A stretch of 64,000 bases of DNA from an uncultured Bacilli bacterium (GTDB lineage: Bacteria > Bacillota_I > Bacilli_A > RF39 > UBA660): positions 3,921 to 67,920 of the forward strand of contig CAKOTD010000003.1 of assembly GCA_934120015.1 (NCBI GenBank). The letters are read 5' to 3'. Below the pieces are notes generated by a model. That model had not been told where the DNA came from. It made no database searches and saw nothing but the letters and a program-made list of their open reading frames with translations. Shown in pieces: positions 27,320 through 37,792 of the stretch. How positions within the stretch are numbered: the first letter of the stretch is position 1; each line of letters begins with the position of its first letter. A program made the position numbers and the translations under genes.

Positions 27320-29239
27320 ATGGAAAAATGGATTTTTGTAAATAATATTACTAGTCTTGATAAATTATATTGTTTAACTAAAACTATAAAGGAAAATGTA
27401 ATTACCGAAGATAATCATGCAAGAATGTTAATGGATGCACTTAATGAGAATGGTGCAAATAGGACTGAGGCAAATAGTCATCCTATTAATTATGCTTTGT
27501 TTTATAATATGGTTTATTTAGATAACCATATTTATAAACTTACTTCTGATGGAAACAGTTTGTTAGATAATTACAATAAAATTTTGGATGATAAAAAATA
27601 TAAAGCAGAATTTTTCTTTATGCTTTTGATGAAAATAAAATACCCTAATATAGCAGTAGAAACTTCAGATATATATGATATTCATCCATTTTATATAATC
27701 TTTAAATTATTATGTGAAAATAGATTGGATTATGGTATTACAATAGATGAGTTTGAAAACATTTTATCTGTTGCACATAAAGATACTGATTATGAAAAAT
27801 TAGTAAATATAATAGAAAAATATAGAAATGGTGAAAATGTTGAATTAAACTGTGAGAAAATAGCACAAGTTCCAACTGTAGTTGCTGGATGGTGTAATCA
27901 GTTTAATGTCTTGAAAAGGGAAGGTGAAAGAATAGTGTTATCAGATGATTTAAAATCAATGTTACCATTTTTATCAGATGAAAAAAATGTAACTATATTA
28001 CCTTTTAATTATAAATTTATTGAATTTGTTGTTAAGAAATATCTTTTTGATGGACATTCTATGGCAACTATAGAAAATGAATATTATAATGAAACTAATC
28101 GAAGAGGTTTTTTGGTTAAGGATGTGTTGGATTACTATCAAATAAATTTTGAACAAAACAAAGGAATGTATAATAATAAAAGTATAGAATTTGTTTGCTC
28201 ATTATTAGACATACAATCAGATGATAGGTATATAACAATAAGCAATATAATTAAAGGTCTAGAACAAAATGATAATGAATATGAGAAAAAATTTGAAAAT
28301 AATGTTGATGATATAGATAGAGTTACCGGTGGGTATAATAAGATATATTATGGGGTACCGGGTTCAGGAAAAAGTTATCAGGTTGGAGAAGTTTTTAATA
28401 GTGATAATTATTATGTAGAAAGAACTACATTTCATCCGGAATACACAAATAGTGACTTTGTTGGTCAGATTGTTCCAATGGTAAAAAATAATAAAGTAAA
28501 ATATGATTTTCATCCTGGAGCATTTACTAATGCTTTAGTATATGCTTTAAAACATAAGCTTGAAAGAGTTTGTCTAATTATTGAAGAAATTAATAGAGGA
28601 AATTCTTCTGCCATATTTGGTGATATCTTTCAATTGTTAGATAGAGATGAGTCAGGTAAAAGTAAATATGCTATATTTAATGGACCGCTTAGAGATTATC
28701 TTTTAGAAAAGGGAATAAGCGTTTCTGAAATATATATTCCTTCCAATATGTGGATTGTAGCAACTATGAATACTAGTGATCAAAATGTATTTACATTAGA
28801 TACTGCATTTAAAAGAAGATGGAAAATGGAATATATTAGAAATGTATTTGCAGACAATGAGAAGTCAAGAGAATTGAGAAATAAAATAATTCAGGTAAAT
28901 GATAAATATCCAAATGTAACTTGGGAAAAATTTGTTACTAAAATTAATAAACATATAATATCTGATGTATCAGGAATAAATGGTGAGGATAAGCAATTAG
29001 GAATGTATTTTGTATCTGTCGAAGAAATAAATAATCAAAAAGAATTCGCTGAAAAGATATTATCTTACTTATGGGATGATGTTGCAAAATTGAATACCCA
29101 ATATTGGTTTGGAGCTATATCATCTTACGATGAATTGCTCGAGGCATATAATAAGAACTATTTGGATGTGTTTAATTTACTTTTTGAAGACGAAATCAAA
29201 GAAAATGATGCCTATACGATAAGAGCAACAGAGGAATAA
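27320..29239 (+). CDS. McrB-like AAA+ GTPase restriction subunit (LlaJI R1-like) with an N-terminal DNA-binding region
   Basis: GVPGSGKS Walker A, IIEEINRGN, MNTSDQ...LDTAFKRRW (McrB signature). Confidence 0.85.
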   Translation: MEKWIFVNNITSLDKLYCLTKTIKENVITEDNHARMLMDALNENGANRTEANSHPINYALFYNMVYLDNHIYKLTSDGNSLLDNYNKILDDKKYKAEFFFMLLMKIKYPNIAVETSDIYDIHPFYIIFKLLCENRLDYGITIDEFENILSVAHKDTDYEKLVNIIEKYRNGENVELNCEKIAQVPTVVAGWCNQFNVLKREGERIVLSDDLKSMLPFLSDEKNVTILPFNYKFIEFVVKKYLFDGHSMATIENEYYNETNRRGFLVKDVLDYYQINFEQNKGMYNNKSIEFVCSLLDIQSDDRYITISNIIKGLEQNDNEYEKKFENNVDDIDRVTGGYNKIYYGVPGSGKSYQVGEVFNSDNYYVERTTFHPEYTNSDFVGQIVPMVKNNKVKYDFHPGAFTNALVYALKHKLERVCLIIEEINRGNSSAIFGDIFQLLDRDESGKSKYAIFNGPLRDYLLEKGISVSEIYIPSNMWIVATMNTSDQNVFTLDTAFKRRWKMEYIRNVFADNEKSRELRNKIIQVNDKYPNVTWEKFVTKINKHIISDVSGINGEDKQLGMYFVSVEEINNQKEFAEKILSYLWDDVAKLNTQYWFGAISSYDELLEAYNKNYLDVFNLLFEDEIKENDAYTIRATEE

Positions 29240-29240
29240 A

Positions 29241-30515
29241 ATGACATTTTCTGATAGAGTGATTTTTAAAAATAGTTATGAGGAAAACAATTTTGTTGGA
29301 TTAAAATATAAAAAGGACAAAATAAATATATATTTACCAGTTGGTTATGATAAGAGTGAATTTATAACTGAACAGGAATTAAGTTCTACTCAAAAAGTTG
29401 ATTTGTTATTATTATTAAAAACTATTTCATTGGTAAAAAACTCAAATAATGAAATGGATTATTTGGGTGGAAATATTGGTGAGAATATAGAAGTGCCATT
29501 TAATTCTTTTATATGGATGATTAATGATTATTTTAACAATGGTTTATATTATGAAATGGAAAAAAAATATTCTCAGAAAGGTCATGGTAAAATCAATTGG
29601 AAAAGAACTCTTAATTCTGAACATTATTTTTCAGACGATAATGTTATTTATATTAATCCTTATTATGAATCAAGTATTCAAAAAAATAATTTAATTACTG
29701 AACTTAATAATTATTGTTTGCACAAAAGTGTTTATTATATTGGCTTCCTTTTTGGCAATATTATATTACCAGAGTGCCATTTAAAATCATTTAACGTCAA
29801 TAATAATATTAAATATTATTTGGATTTAATTAATAAGGAATTAGTTAGAACATTTAATGATAGAAAGAAACTTCTTCTAATACATATAAAAAAAATATTA
29901 AAAATGAGTTCTGATGATAGTTTTGAAAAGCAACTAACATATGGAACTAGAAGATATGAATATGCATGGGAAAAGATGGTTAATAATACAATTGGTTCAA
30001 AAATAGATATAAGCAAATATTTTCCAAATGCCTATTGGAATATTTTGGGGAAAAAGTTTGAGGACTGTTCTAAATTAAGACCGGATTCATTATATATTGA
30101 TAGAAAAAATAATAAAATATATATAATGGATGCTAAATACTATAAGTATGGTATAACTGGTAATATTTCTGATTTGCCTCATACAGATTCAATTCAAAAA
30201 CAAATAACATATGGAGATCATATTTCAAATAACTATAATTTATATGGTTTTGAGAAAGAAAATATATTTAATACCTTTATTTTACCATTTAATAAAAATC
30301 AACAACCTTTTGTTTCACACGATAGTATCTGTTATATTGGTTTTGCAAATAGTGCATGGCGTGATAAAAAGGAAGTATATAATTATGAAAGAATATCATT
30401 ATTACTTATTGATATGAAGTATATGATAGATTGTTTTTATCAAAAAGAAAAAATTGATTTACAAAATTTAGTTAAGCTAATTGAAAAGGCTAGCAAAGAA
30501 CATATACAAGTTTAA
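29241..30515 (+). CDS. McrC-like / LlaJI R2-type restriction endonuclease subunit
   Basis: Follows the McrB-like gene with a 1-nt gap. PD-(D/E)xK-like IMDAKYYKY. Confidence 0.75.
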   Translation: MTFSDRVIFKNSYEENNFVGLKYKKDKINIYLPVGYDKSEFITEQELSSTQKVDLLLLLKTISLVKNSNNEMDYLGGNIGENIEVPFNSFIWMINDYFNNGLYYEMEKKYSQKGHGKINWKRTLNSEHYFSDDNVIYINPYYESSIQKNNLITELNNYCLHKSVYYIGFLFGNIILPECHLKSFNVNNNIKYYLDLINKELVRTFNDRKKLLLIHIKKILKMSSDDSFEKQLTYGTRRYEYAWEKMVNNTIGSKIDISKYFPNAYWNILGKKFEDCSKLRPDSLYIDRKNNKIYIMDAKYYKYGITGNISDLPHTDSIQKQITYGDHISNNYNLYGFEKENIFNTFILPFNKNQQPFVSHDSICYIGFANSAWRDKKEVYNYERISLLLIDMKYMIDCFYQKEKIDLQNLVKLIEKASKEHIQV

Positions 30516-30606
30516 AGTATATGTTTTTGGTTATATTAAATGAATTGTAATATGTAATAGTAATTTTATTTAATTTGCGTTATAATTATTTGGAGGTGTT
30601 AAAAAT

Positions 30607-30837
30607 ATGTTTGATAAGTTTGGAATTGAAATAACTATTGGTACTATAATAATTGTTTTATTTATCTTATATTTTATTATTAAGTGGGCTGTAAAAAATG
30701 GTGTAAAAGAAGCATATGAGGATATTACAGGTAAAGAAACTTATGAAGATAAACAAATAAGAAAACAAAAAGAAGAAATAAAACAAGGAATTATTGAAGT
30801 AAAAGAAAAATTAAAGGAAAAAAAGCAAGATAAATAG
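30607..30837 (+). CDS. Small membrane-anchored protein with a charged coiled tail
   Basis: One TM (ITIGTIIIVLFILYFIIKWAV) plus a K/E-rich tail. RBS GGAGG. Confidence 0.5.
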   Translation: MFDKFGIEITIGTIIIVLFILYFIIKWAVKNGVKEAYEDITGKETYEDKQIRKQKEEIKQGIIEVKEKLKEKKQDK

Positions 30838-30889
30838 TGCACTTAAAAGAAGTGCTCTTTTACTATATAAATATGAAAGTAGGATAAAT

Positions 30890-31633
30890 ATGGATGAATT
30901 TATAAATTTAACTTTAGATAATTTAGATAGTGAACATATATGTTGTATTATAAGAAACAAAAAGTCTCATCCGGGTATTGAGGCAAAAAAAAGATGGCTT
31001 TCCGAGCGTTTAAAAGAGGGACATGTATTTAGAAAATTAAATGCTAAAGGTGTTGTGTTTATAGAGTATGCTCCACTTGAAAAGGCATGGGTACCTATTA
31101 TTGGTGATAATTATTATTATATATATTGTTTATGGGTAATTGGTGAATTTAAAGGGAAAGGTTATGGAAAGGCATTAATGGAATATATAATTGATGATGC
31201 TAAGAAAAATAAAAAATCTGGAATTTGTATGCTTAGTAATGTAAAACAAAAGCACTGGTTATCTGATTCTTCTTTTGCTAAGAAGTATGGGTTTAAGGTT
31301 GTTGATAAAACAGTTAATGATTACGAATTACTTGCTTTATCCTTTGACGGAACCGTACCAAAATTTAGTAGTAGTATAAATAGTATGAAAATAGATAATG
31401 AGAATTTAACAATATATTATGATATGCAGTGCCCTTATATATATCAAGAGATTGAAACAATACGTAGTTATTGTAAAGATAATAATATTCCATTAAATTT
31501 AATAGAAGTTGATACACTTAATAAAGCTAAAGAATTACCTTGTGTATTTAATAACTTTAGTATATTTTATAAAGGAAAGTTTGTAACTGTAAATTTGTTA
31601 AATATTAATGATATAAAGAAAATATTAAATTAA
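30890..31633 (+). CDS. GNAT N-acetyltransferase with a YoaP-like C-terminal domain
   Basis: GEFKGKGYGKALMEY acetyl-CoA motif. The C-domain has QCPY. Confidence 0.75.
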   Translation: MDEFINLTLDNLDSEHICCIIRNKKSHPGIEAKKRWLSERLKEGHVFRKLNAKGVVFIEYAPLEKAWVPIIGDNYYYIYCLWVIGEFKGKGYGKALMEYIIDDAKKNKKSGICMLSNVKQKHWLSDSSFAKKYGFKVVDKTVNDYELLALSFDGTVPKFSSSINSMKIDNENLTIYYDMQCPYIYQEIETIRSYCKDNNIPLNLIEVDTLNKAKELPCVFNNFSIFYKGKFVTVNLLNINDIKKILN

Positions 31634-31635
31634 GA

Positions 31636-31895
31636 TATGCCCAAGATATTATTGAAGTTGATGAACAATTTATATCAAATGACAAAATTAAATTTATGAA
31701 ATTAAAACCTGTAATGGCAGCTTGTATATATCATAGAGGTGCATAGAATTAGGAAAAGCATATGGAAATCTTTTGAAGTATATTGAGGAAAATAATTATG
31801 AAATTATTGAATGTCCAAGAGAATGTTATATTGATGGTATTTGGAATAAAGAAAATCCAAATGAATGGTTAACAGAAATACAAATTCCTGTTTAA
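31636..31895 (+). pseudogene. Remnant of a GyrI-like (MerR/AraC effector-binding) domain gene
   Basis: ...KLKPVMAACIYHRGA-stop-...GKAYGNLLKYIEENNYEIIECPRECYIDGIWNKENPNEWLTEIQIPV. There is an in-frame stop and no start codon. Confidence 0.6.
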
Positions 31896-31981
31896 AAAAT
31901 ACTAAAACAATTTGGTATCTACATTATATAATTTAATGAGAAGTGTGATATAATATGTTTAGAAAATAAGAGGTGTTAAAA

Positions 31982-32623
31982 ATGTACACTAAAATAAAAA
32001 AATTAATAATTACGAATTATATATGGATTATTTTCTTTATATGTTTAATTATTTTCTTGGCTCTTGCAGAGGATGTTTTTAATCGTGATATAATGAATGG
32101 AGATATTATTGGTTATGATTTTATATCACATTATTTAATAAATGATTTTACTACCCCTATAATGAAAGCAATTACTTGGTGTGGTGGTGCAATATGTTTA
32201 GTTTTGTTAACTATTATATTGTTTATTTGTTTAAAGAATAAAAGAGATGGTATTTTAATTGGTATAAATTTGGTTACTATTACAATATTAAATCAAATTT
32301 TTAAGTTTATTCTTCAAAGACCAAGACCAGAGGGTTATAGAATTATAAATGAAACTGGTTATAGTTTTCCATCAGGACATTCTATGATAAGTATGGCTTT
32401 TTATGGTTTTTTGATATATTTGATTTATCAAAATGTCGTTAATAAATATATAAAATGGACTTTAATTATATTTTTAACATTTCTAATTATATCAATAGGT
32501 ATTAGTAGAGTATATTTGGGAGTTCATTATACAAGTGATGTTTTAGCTGGCTTTTTAGTATCTATTTCTTATTTAATATTATATATTAGGATTATTAATG
32601 TTTTGTTAAAGAAAAAAGCGTAA
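31982..32623 (+). CDS. PAP2-family phosphatase (undecaprenyl-diphosphatase-like)
   Basis: KFILQRPRP, PSGHS, SRVYLGVHYTSD motifs. Confidence 0.88.
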   Translation: MYTKIKKLIITNYIWIIFFICLIIFLALAEDVFNRDIMNGDIIGYDFISHYLINDFTTPIMKAITWCGGAICLVLLTIILFICLKNKRDGILIGINLVTITILNQIFKFILQRPRPEGYRIINETGYSFPSGHSMISMAFYGFLIYLIYQNVVNKYIKWTLIIFLTFLIISIGISRVYLGVHYTSDVLAGFLVSISYLILYIRIINVLLKKKA

Positions 32624-32643
32624 TTTGAAAAGGTGATTTATTT

Positions 32644-33153
32644 ATGCCAATTATTGATATTTTAATATTAATATTTATTTATTTTTGTTATCTTTATAAA
32701 AGATGGAAATTAAAAGGAAAGGATGCATTATTTGTAAGAACATTAATGTATATATATTTAATATTACTAATTTATGTGACATTAATGCCTATAGTTACAT
32801 CATTACCATTTCTTTTTAATCATCCCTATATTCCAATGAATCTAAATATTTTTGATGACCTAATAAATGGGAGAGGAGATTATTTTAGACAAATTATTTT
32901 AAATATTATAATGACAATTCCTTTTGGTTTTTTATTTCCAATAATAAATAAAAAAAGTATGTTTTTGAAAACTATTTTATGTACATTCTTATTAAGTTTA
33001 TGCATTGAATTGTTGCAACCATTAATTGATGGTGCTAGATCATCAGATATTACAGATTTAATAACTAATACTATAGGTGGTGCTGTTGGATATGTATGTT
33101 TCTTGCTATTTAGACCAGTAGTTAATAAATTCATGGAGAGGTTAAGAAGATAA
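32644..33153 (+). CDS. VanZ-family membrane protein
   Basis: 4 TM segments and ELLQPLIDGARSSDITDLITNTIGG. Confidence 0.8.
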   Translation: MPIIDILILIFIYFCYLYKRWKLKGKDALFVRTLMYIYLILLIYVTLMPIVTSLPFLFNHPYIPMNLNIFDDLINGRGDYFRQIILNIIMTIPFGFLFPIINKKSMFLKTILCTFLLSLCIELLQPLIDGARSSDITDLITNTIGGAVGYVCFLLFRPVVNKFMERLRR

Positions 33154-33290
33154 TTATATATAACAGATTTATCTGTTTTTTTTGTCAAAAATTTTTGAAA
33201 TTTAAAAAAAAAAACTTACACAAAAAATTTTTTTGTGATACAATTATCAAGTCTTTAAAGATTATTTATTTTGGAGAAAAGAGGAGTAGT

Positions 33291-35258
33291 ATGAAAGAAT
33301 TAAATTTAGGAAAAGATAAAATAAATAAGTTACTATTATCTTTTGCTATACCATGTGTTATAAGTATGCTGATAAATTCTGTCTATAATATCGTAGACCA
33401 AATATTTATTGGTAAAGGCGTTGGAACTCTTGGAAATGCGGCAACCAATGTTATCTTTCCACTTGTTATTATTTTTAATGCAATTGCAGGACTAATAGGA
33501 AATGGTGCTGCTGCTAATTTATCACTTAAATTAGGTGAAAATGATAAGAAAAATGCATCTAAAAGTATAGGTCAAGCTATAACTTTATCATTTCTTGTTT
33601 CAATTATTATTAGTATAATTACTTATATATTTTTACCAAAATTAGTCTATTTATTTGGATGTACTGATAGTGTTTATAATTATGCTATAGAATATGGAAA
33701 GATTATTGTTATAGGTGCACCATTTATGATAGTTTATTCATCATTTTCAAGTATTATTAGAGCTGATGGTTCACCAAAATATTCTATGATAATGCTTGTG
33801 ATAGGGGCTATTATCAATATAATATTAGATCCAATCTTTATTTTTACTTTTAATATGGGTGTAAAGGGAGGAGCTATTGCTACCGTAATTGGTCAAGTTG
33901 TTTCATTTATAATTGCTTGCCTTTACCTTAAAAAGGTAAAATCTGTTAAATTAACAAAAAATGATTTTAAGATAGATAAAAGTGTAGTTAAGATTCTGTC
34001 ACTTGGTCTTTCATCATTTATAACACAAGCAACGATTTTAGTATTATTTGTTTTTATGAATAATATTATGACTAAACTTGGAGCAAAAACAAAATTTGGA
34101 GAAGATATACCACTTTCAGTATATGGTGTAATATCTAAAATAAACAGTTTATATATTTCTACCGTTCTTGGAATATCTATAGGGGCACAACCTATTATTG
34201 GCTTTAATTATGGGGCTGGTAATGAATTTAGAGTAAAAGAAACCATAAAAAAAGTTTTATTTATTAATTTTATTGTTGGTATATTATTTAATTTAATGTT
34301 TTTATTATTTCCAAGACAGTTAGCTGGTATATTTATATCTGCAAATGATCCATCATATAATCTATTTATGGAATTTGCTACTTTAATGTGTCATAGTTTT
34401 TTATTAGTTATTGCTTTAAATGCACTAGAAATGACAACAAGTATTGTTATTCAATCACTTGGAAATGTTGTAAAATCAACAGCTGTAACATTTATTAGAC
34501 AAATAATATTATTAATACCTATATCTTTATTATTAGCCTTTATTTTTAATAAAGGAATATATGGGGTATTATATGCAGGATGTATTGCTGATATATTGTG
34601 TTTTATAATTACAATCTTTATTTTAAAGTCAGAGTATAAAAAACTTGGCATAGTACCCAGTGAAAACAATGAAAGTGATAAAAACGATAATTTATCATAT
34701 AAAGGAAAACATATTGTTATTACTATATCAAGAGAATATGGATCAGGTGGTAGATTTGTAGGTAAAATAGTTGCTGAAAAATTAGGAGTTCCATTTTATG
34801 ATAAAGAATTAATATCTATGTCAGCAAAACAATCTGGTCTTTCAGAAACTTATATTAAATCAATTGATCAAAGAAAAAAATCTGCAAGTTATATTAATAA
34901 TAATGATGATAGATTATTTATTGCTGAGCAAAAAGTTATTGAAAAATTGGCTAAATCTTCTTGTGTTATAGTGGGTAGGTGTGCTGATTATATTTTAAGA
35001 GATAAAAAAAATGTTGTTAAGGTTTTCTTATATAGTGATGATTTATCTAAAGAAAAAAGAGCTGTTAAATATTATGGATTAAATAAAGATGTAGCACTAA
35101 AAGAAATAGGTAAGATAAATAAAGATAGGGCTAAACATTATAAATTCTATACAGGAAGAGATTGGATGAACTTTAATAACTATGATATATCACTTAATGT
35201 TGATAAATACGGTGTAGAAAAAACTGCAAATAATATTATAGAAATTGTAAGAGGATAG
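33291..35258 (+). CDS. MATE efflux transporter fused to a C-terminal cytidylate-kinase-like domain
   Basis: 12-TM MATE core (~aa 1-450 from the ATG at 33291), then ITISREYGSGGRFVGKIVAEKLGVPFYDKELI (P-loop-like CMK-like family). RBS GGAGAAAAGAGGAG. Confidence 0.8.
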   Translation: MKELNLGKDKINKLLLSFAIPCVISMLINSVYNIVDQIFIGKGVGTLGNAATNVIFPLVIIFNAIAGLIGNGAAANLSLKLGENDKKNASKSIGQAITLSFLVSIIISIITYIFLPKLVYLFGCTDSVYNYAIEYGKIIVIGAPFMIVYSSFSSIIRADGSPKYSMIMLVIGAIINIILDPIFIFTFNMGVKGGAIATVIGQVVSFIIACLYLKKVKSVKLTKNDFKIDKSVVKILSLGLSSFITQATILVLFVFMNNIMTKLGAKTKFGEDIPLSVYGVISKINSLYISTVLGISIGAQPIIGFNYGAGNEFRVKETIKKVLFINFIVGILFNLMFLLFPRQLAGIFISANDPSYNLFMEFATLMCHSFLLVIALNALEMTTSIVIQSLGNVVKSTAVTFIRQIILLIPISLLLAFIFNKGIYGVLYAGCIADILCFIITIFILKSEYKKLGIVPSENNESDKNDNLSYKGKHIVITISREYGSGGRFVGKIVAEKLGVPFYDKELISMSAKQSGLSETYIKSIDQRKKSASYINNNDDRLFIAEQKVIEKLAKSSCVIVGRCADYILRDKKNVVKVFLYSDDLSKEKRAVKYYGLNKDVALKEIGKINKDRAKHYKFYTGRDWMNFNNYDISLNVDKYGVEKTANNIIEIVRG

Positions 35259-35280
35259 ATTAAAAACTATTCTTTTTTTC

Positions 35281-35327
35281 TTGACAATTGAGTATCTATT
35301 CAACTATAATTGAATATAGTTGAATAG
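35281..35327 (+). promoter_or_regulatory. cad promoter TTGACA-N18-TATAAT overlapping a perfect 13-bp inverted repeat (ArsR/SmtB operator)
   Basis: CTATTCAACTATA (35296-35308) and TATAGTTGAATAG (35315-35327). Confidence 0.7.
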
Positions 35328-35353
35328 GCGTTCAACCGAAAGAAGGCAAATTA

Positions 35354-35734
35354 ATGGAAAAGAAAGAGTTAATATGTGATTGTAATATCATTCATAAAGA
35401 TGCAGTAGAACTTGCATTAAAAAATAAGCCAAAGCTTAATGAACTAGAAAATTTATCTGAATTATTTAAAATACTTGGAGATCAAACAAGAATAAAAATT
35501 CTTTGGACTTTAGATAATCATGAGATGTGTGTTTGTGATATTGCAAATGTTTTAAATATGACAAAATCATCTATTTCTCATCAGTTATCAACGCTTAGAC
35601 AATCTGGTATTGTTAAGTATAGAAAGGTTGGAAAAGAAGTATATTATATGTTAGATGATGAACATATTAGAAAATTGTATGAAATTGGGTTAGAGCACAT
35701 TGACCATAAAATGGAAGGAGATATAAATGAATAA
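35354..35734 (+). CDS. cadC: ArsR/SmtB-family metal-sensing repressor (CadC-like)
   Basis: ELFKILGDQTRIKILW, CVCDIA metal site, SHQLSTLRQSGIV. Confidence 0.85.
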   Translation: MEKKELICDCNIIHKDAVELALKNKPKLNELENLSELFKILGDQTRIKILWTLDNHEMCVCDIANVLNMTKSSISHQLSTLRQSGIVKYRKVGKEVYYMLDDEHIRKLYEIGLEHIDHKMEGDINE

Positions 35735-37772
35735 ATTTAGATATAGTATTAATAATTTAGATTGTGCAAATTGTGCAAGAGAAATAGAAGAAATGTTAAA
35801 TAAACATAAAGATTTTAGAAATGTTTCAGTGAATTTTAATACATGTAAAATTTCTTATGAATCTGATAAAAATTATAGTTTGGAGCAACTAAATAAAATT
35901 ATAAAAAAGGTAGAACCTGATGCTTATATTACTAAAAATGATGATATAAAAGAAAAAAAAGAATTTCATTTTAGTACTTTAATTATTGCTTTAATAATAG
36001 GTGTGGGTGCTCATTTATTATCACTACCGGACTTTATTAAAATAGGATGTTATATTATGTCGTATGGTTTACTTCTTTATAAAATAGTTATAAATGCATT
36101 TAAATTACTTATTAAAGGTAAGGGAATAAATGAGAATGCTTTAATAAGCATATCTTGTATAGGCGCTTTAATTATAGGAGAGATAATGGAAGGGCTAATG
36201 GTTATTACTTTATATATTATAGGTAAAATATTGGAAGAAAAAGCCATTAATAATTCAAGGAAATCTATTAAAAATCTACTTGACATAAAGGCACCATTTG
36301 CTAATAAAAAAGTTAATAATGAAATTATAAGTGTTATGGTGGAGGATGTTCAAGTTGATGATATACTTATAGTAAAAAAAGGTGAAAGGATTCCTGTTGA
36401 TGGAGTAGTCGTAAAGGGAGAAAGTGTACTTGATGCATCTGCTTTAACTGGAGAAAGTGAATTAGTTAATGTTAATGTTGGTACTGAAGTTTTATCAGGT
36501 AGTATAAACATGGGTAATGTAATAGAAATGAAAGTTACTTCATTGTTTGAGAATTCTACAGTATCTAAGATTCTTAATTTATTAGAAAGTGCTACAGATA
36601 AGAAAACAAAAACAGAAACTATAGTTTCAAAAATAAGTAAAATATATACGCCAGTTGTATTAGTGCTAGCACTATTGATTATAATCTTACTTCCACTAAT
36701 TTCTAATATACCTATTAAAGATAGTATATATCGTGGACTTACTTTTTTAGTAATTTCTTGTCCATGTGCAATTGCTATATCTGTACCTCTTTCTTATTTT
36801 ACAGGAATAGGTGTTGCAAGTATAAATGGAATATTAATTAAGGGAAGTAATTATTTAGATAATTTAAGTGATACAAGTAGTATTATTTTTGATAAGACTG
36901 GAACATTAACAAATGGTGCATTCACTGTGTCAAAGATTGAAATAAGTGATAAATGGAAAAAAGAATATTCATTAGATGAAATAATTAATATTCTTGTAAA
37001 AGGAGAATCATTTTCTAACCATCCAATTGCAAAATCAATTTTAAAGTTAAAAGATGATGAAATTGATAATAGTGATATAAAAGATTATGAAGAGATTACT
37101 GGTAAAGGAGTTTCATTTAAATTTAATAACAAGAAAATATTTATTGGAAGTAATAAATTATGTAATTGTGATAATGATGTAATGCTTCATTTGAATATTG
37201 ATGGAGAACATGTTGCTTCAATTTTTATTGATGATGGAATAAAAGAACATGCTAAAGAAGTCATTAAGATGCTTAAATCTTACAATATTAAGACATATAT
37301 GTTTACTGGAGATAAGAAAGATATAGCTCTTGATATTGGTAATAAAATTGGTATAGATGAGATAAAATATGAAATGCTTCCTCAAGATAAATTTGAAAAC
37401 TTTGAATTAGTAAGTAAAAATAATAAGATTACTATTTTTGTTGGGGATGGAATTAATGATGCTCCAGTTTTAAAAAGGGCAGATATTGGGATTTCTATGG
37501 GTGGTGTAGGAACTGATTCAGCAATAGAAGCTAGTGATGTAGTACTAATGAATGATAGATTAGATCGTATACCACTTGCTATAGATATTTCTAAATATAC
37601 AAAAAAAATTATTAAACAGAATTTGTTGTTTGCTATGATAATAAAAGTTATAACTTTATTACTTAGTGTATTAGGTTTTGCAAATATGTGGATGGCTGTT
37701 TTTGCAGATACTGGAGTTACATTACTTACAATTTTAAATACACTTAGAATAATGAAAAAATATAGAAATTAA
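35727..37772 (+). CDS. cadA: Heavy-metal (Cd/Zn/Co) translocating P1B-type ATPase
   Basis: N-terminal CANC HMA domain, CPC in the TM6 region, DKTGTLT, GDGINDAP. Confidence 0.92.
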   Translation: MNKFRYSINNLDCANCAREIEEMLNKHKDFRNVSVNFNTCKISYESDKNYSLEQLNKIIKKVEPDAYITKNDDIKEKKEFHFSTLIIALIIGVGAHLLSLPDFIKIGCYIMSYGLLLYKIVINAFKLLIKGKGINENALISISCIGALIIGEIMEGLMVITLYIIGKILEEKAINNSRKSIKNLLDIKAPFANKKVNNEIISVMVEDVQVDDILIVKKGERIPVDGVVVKGESVLDASALTGESELVNVNVGTEVLSGSINMGNVIEMKVTSLFENSTVSKILNLLESATDKKTKTETIVSKISKIYTPVVLVLALLIIILLPLISNIPIKDSIYRGLTFLVISCPCAIAISVPLSYFTGIGVASINGILIKGSNYLDNLSDTSSIIFDKTGTLTNGAFTVSKIEISDKWKKEYSLDEIINILVKGESFSNHPIAKSILKLKDDEIDNSDIKDYEEITGKGVSFKFNNKKIFIGSNKLCNCDNDVMLHLNIDGEHVASIFIDDGIKEHAKEVIKMLKSYNIKTYMFTGDKKDIALDIGNKIGIDEIKYEMLPQDKFENFELVSKNNKITIFVGDGINDAPVLKRADIGISMGGVGTDSAIEASDVVLMNDRLDRIPLAIDISKYTKKIIKQNLLFAMIIKVITLLLSVLGFANMWMAVFADTGVTLLTILNTLRIMKKYRN

Positions 37773-37792
37773 ATTTAGTATTTACAAAGGTT

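Noticed and set aside
33195-33290. Upstream TTG start giving a 32-aa N-extension on the MATE fusion, and similar extensions on rel (57836), zur (3803) and the Listeria-Bacteroides repeat protein (39711)
   Set aside because: In each case an internal ATG has a well-spaced GGAG-type RBS, and homology or TM topology begins there. The extensions overlap promoters or terminators.
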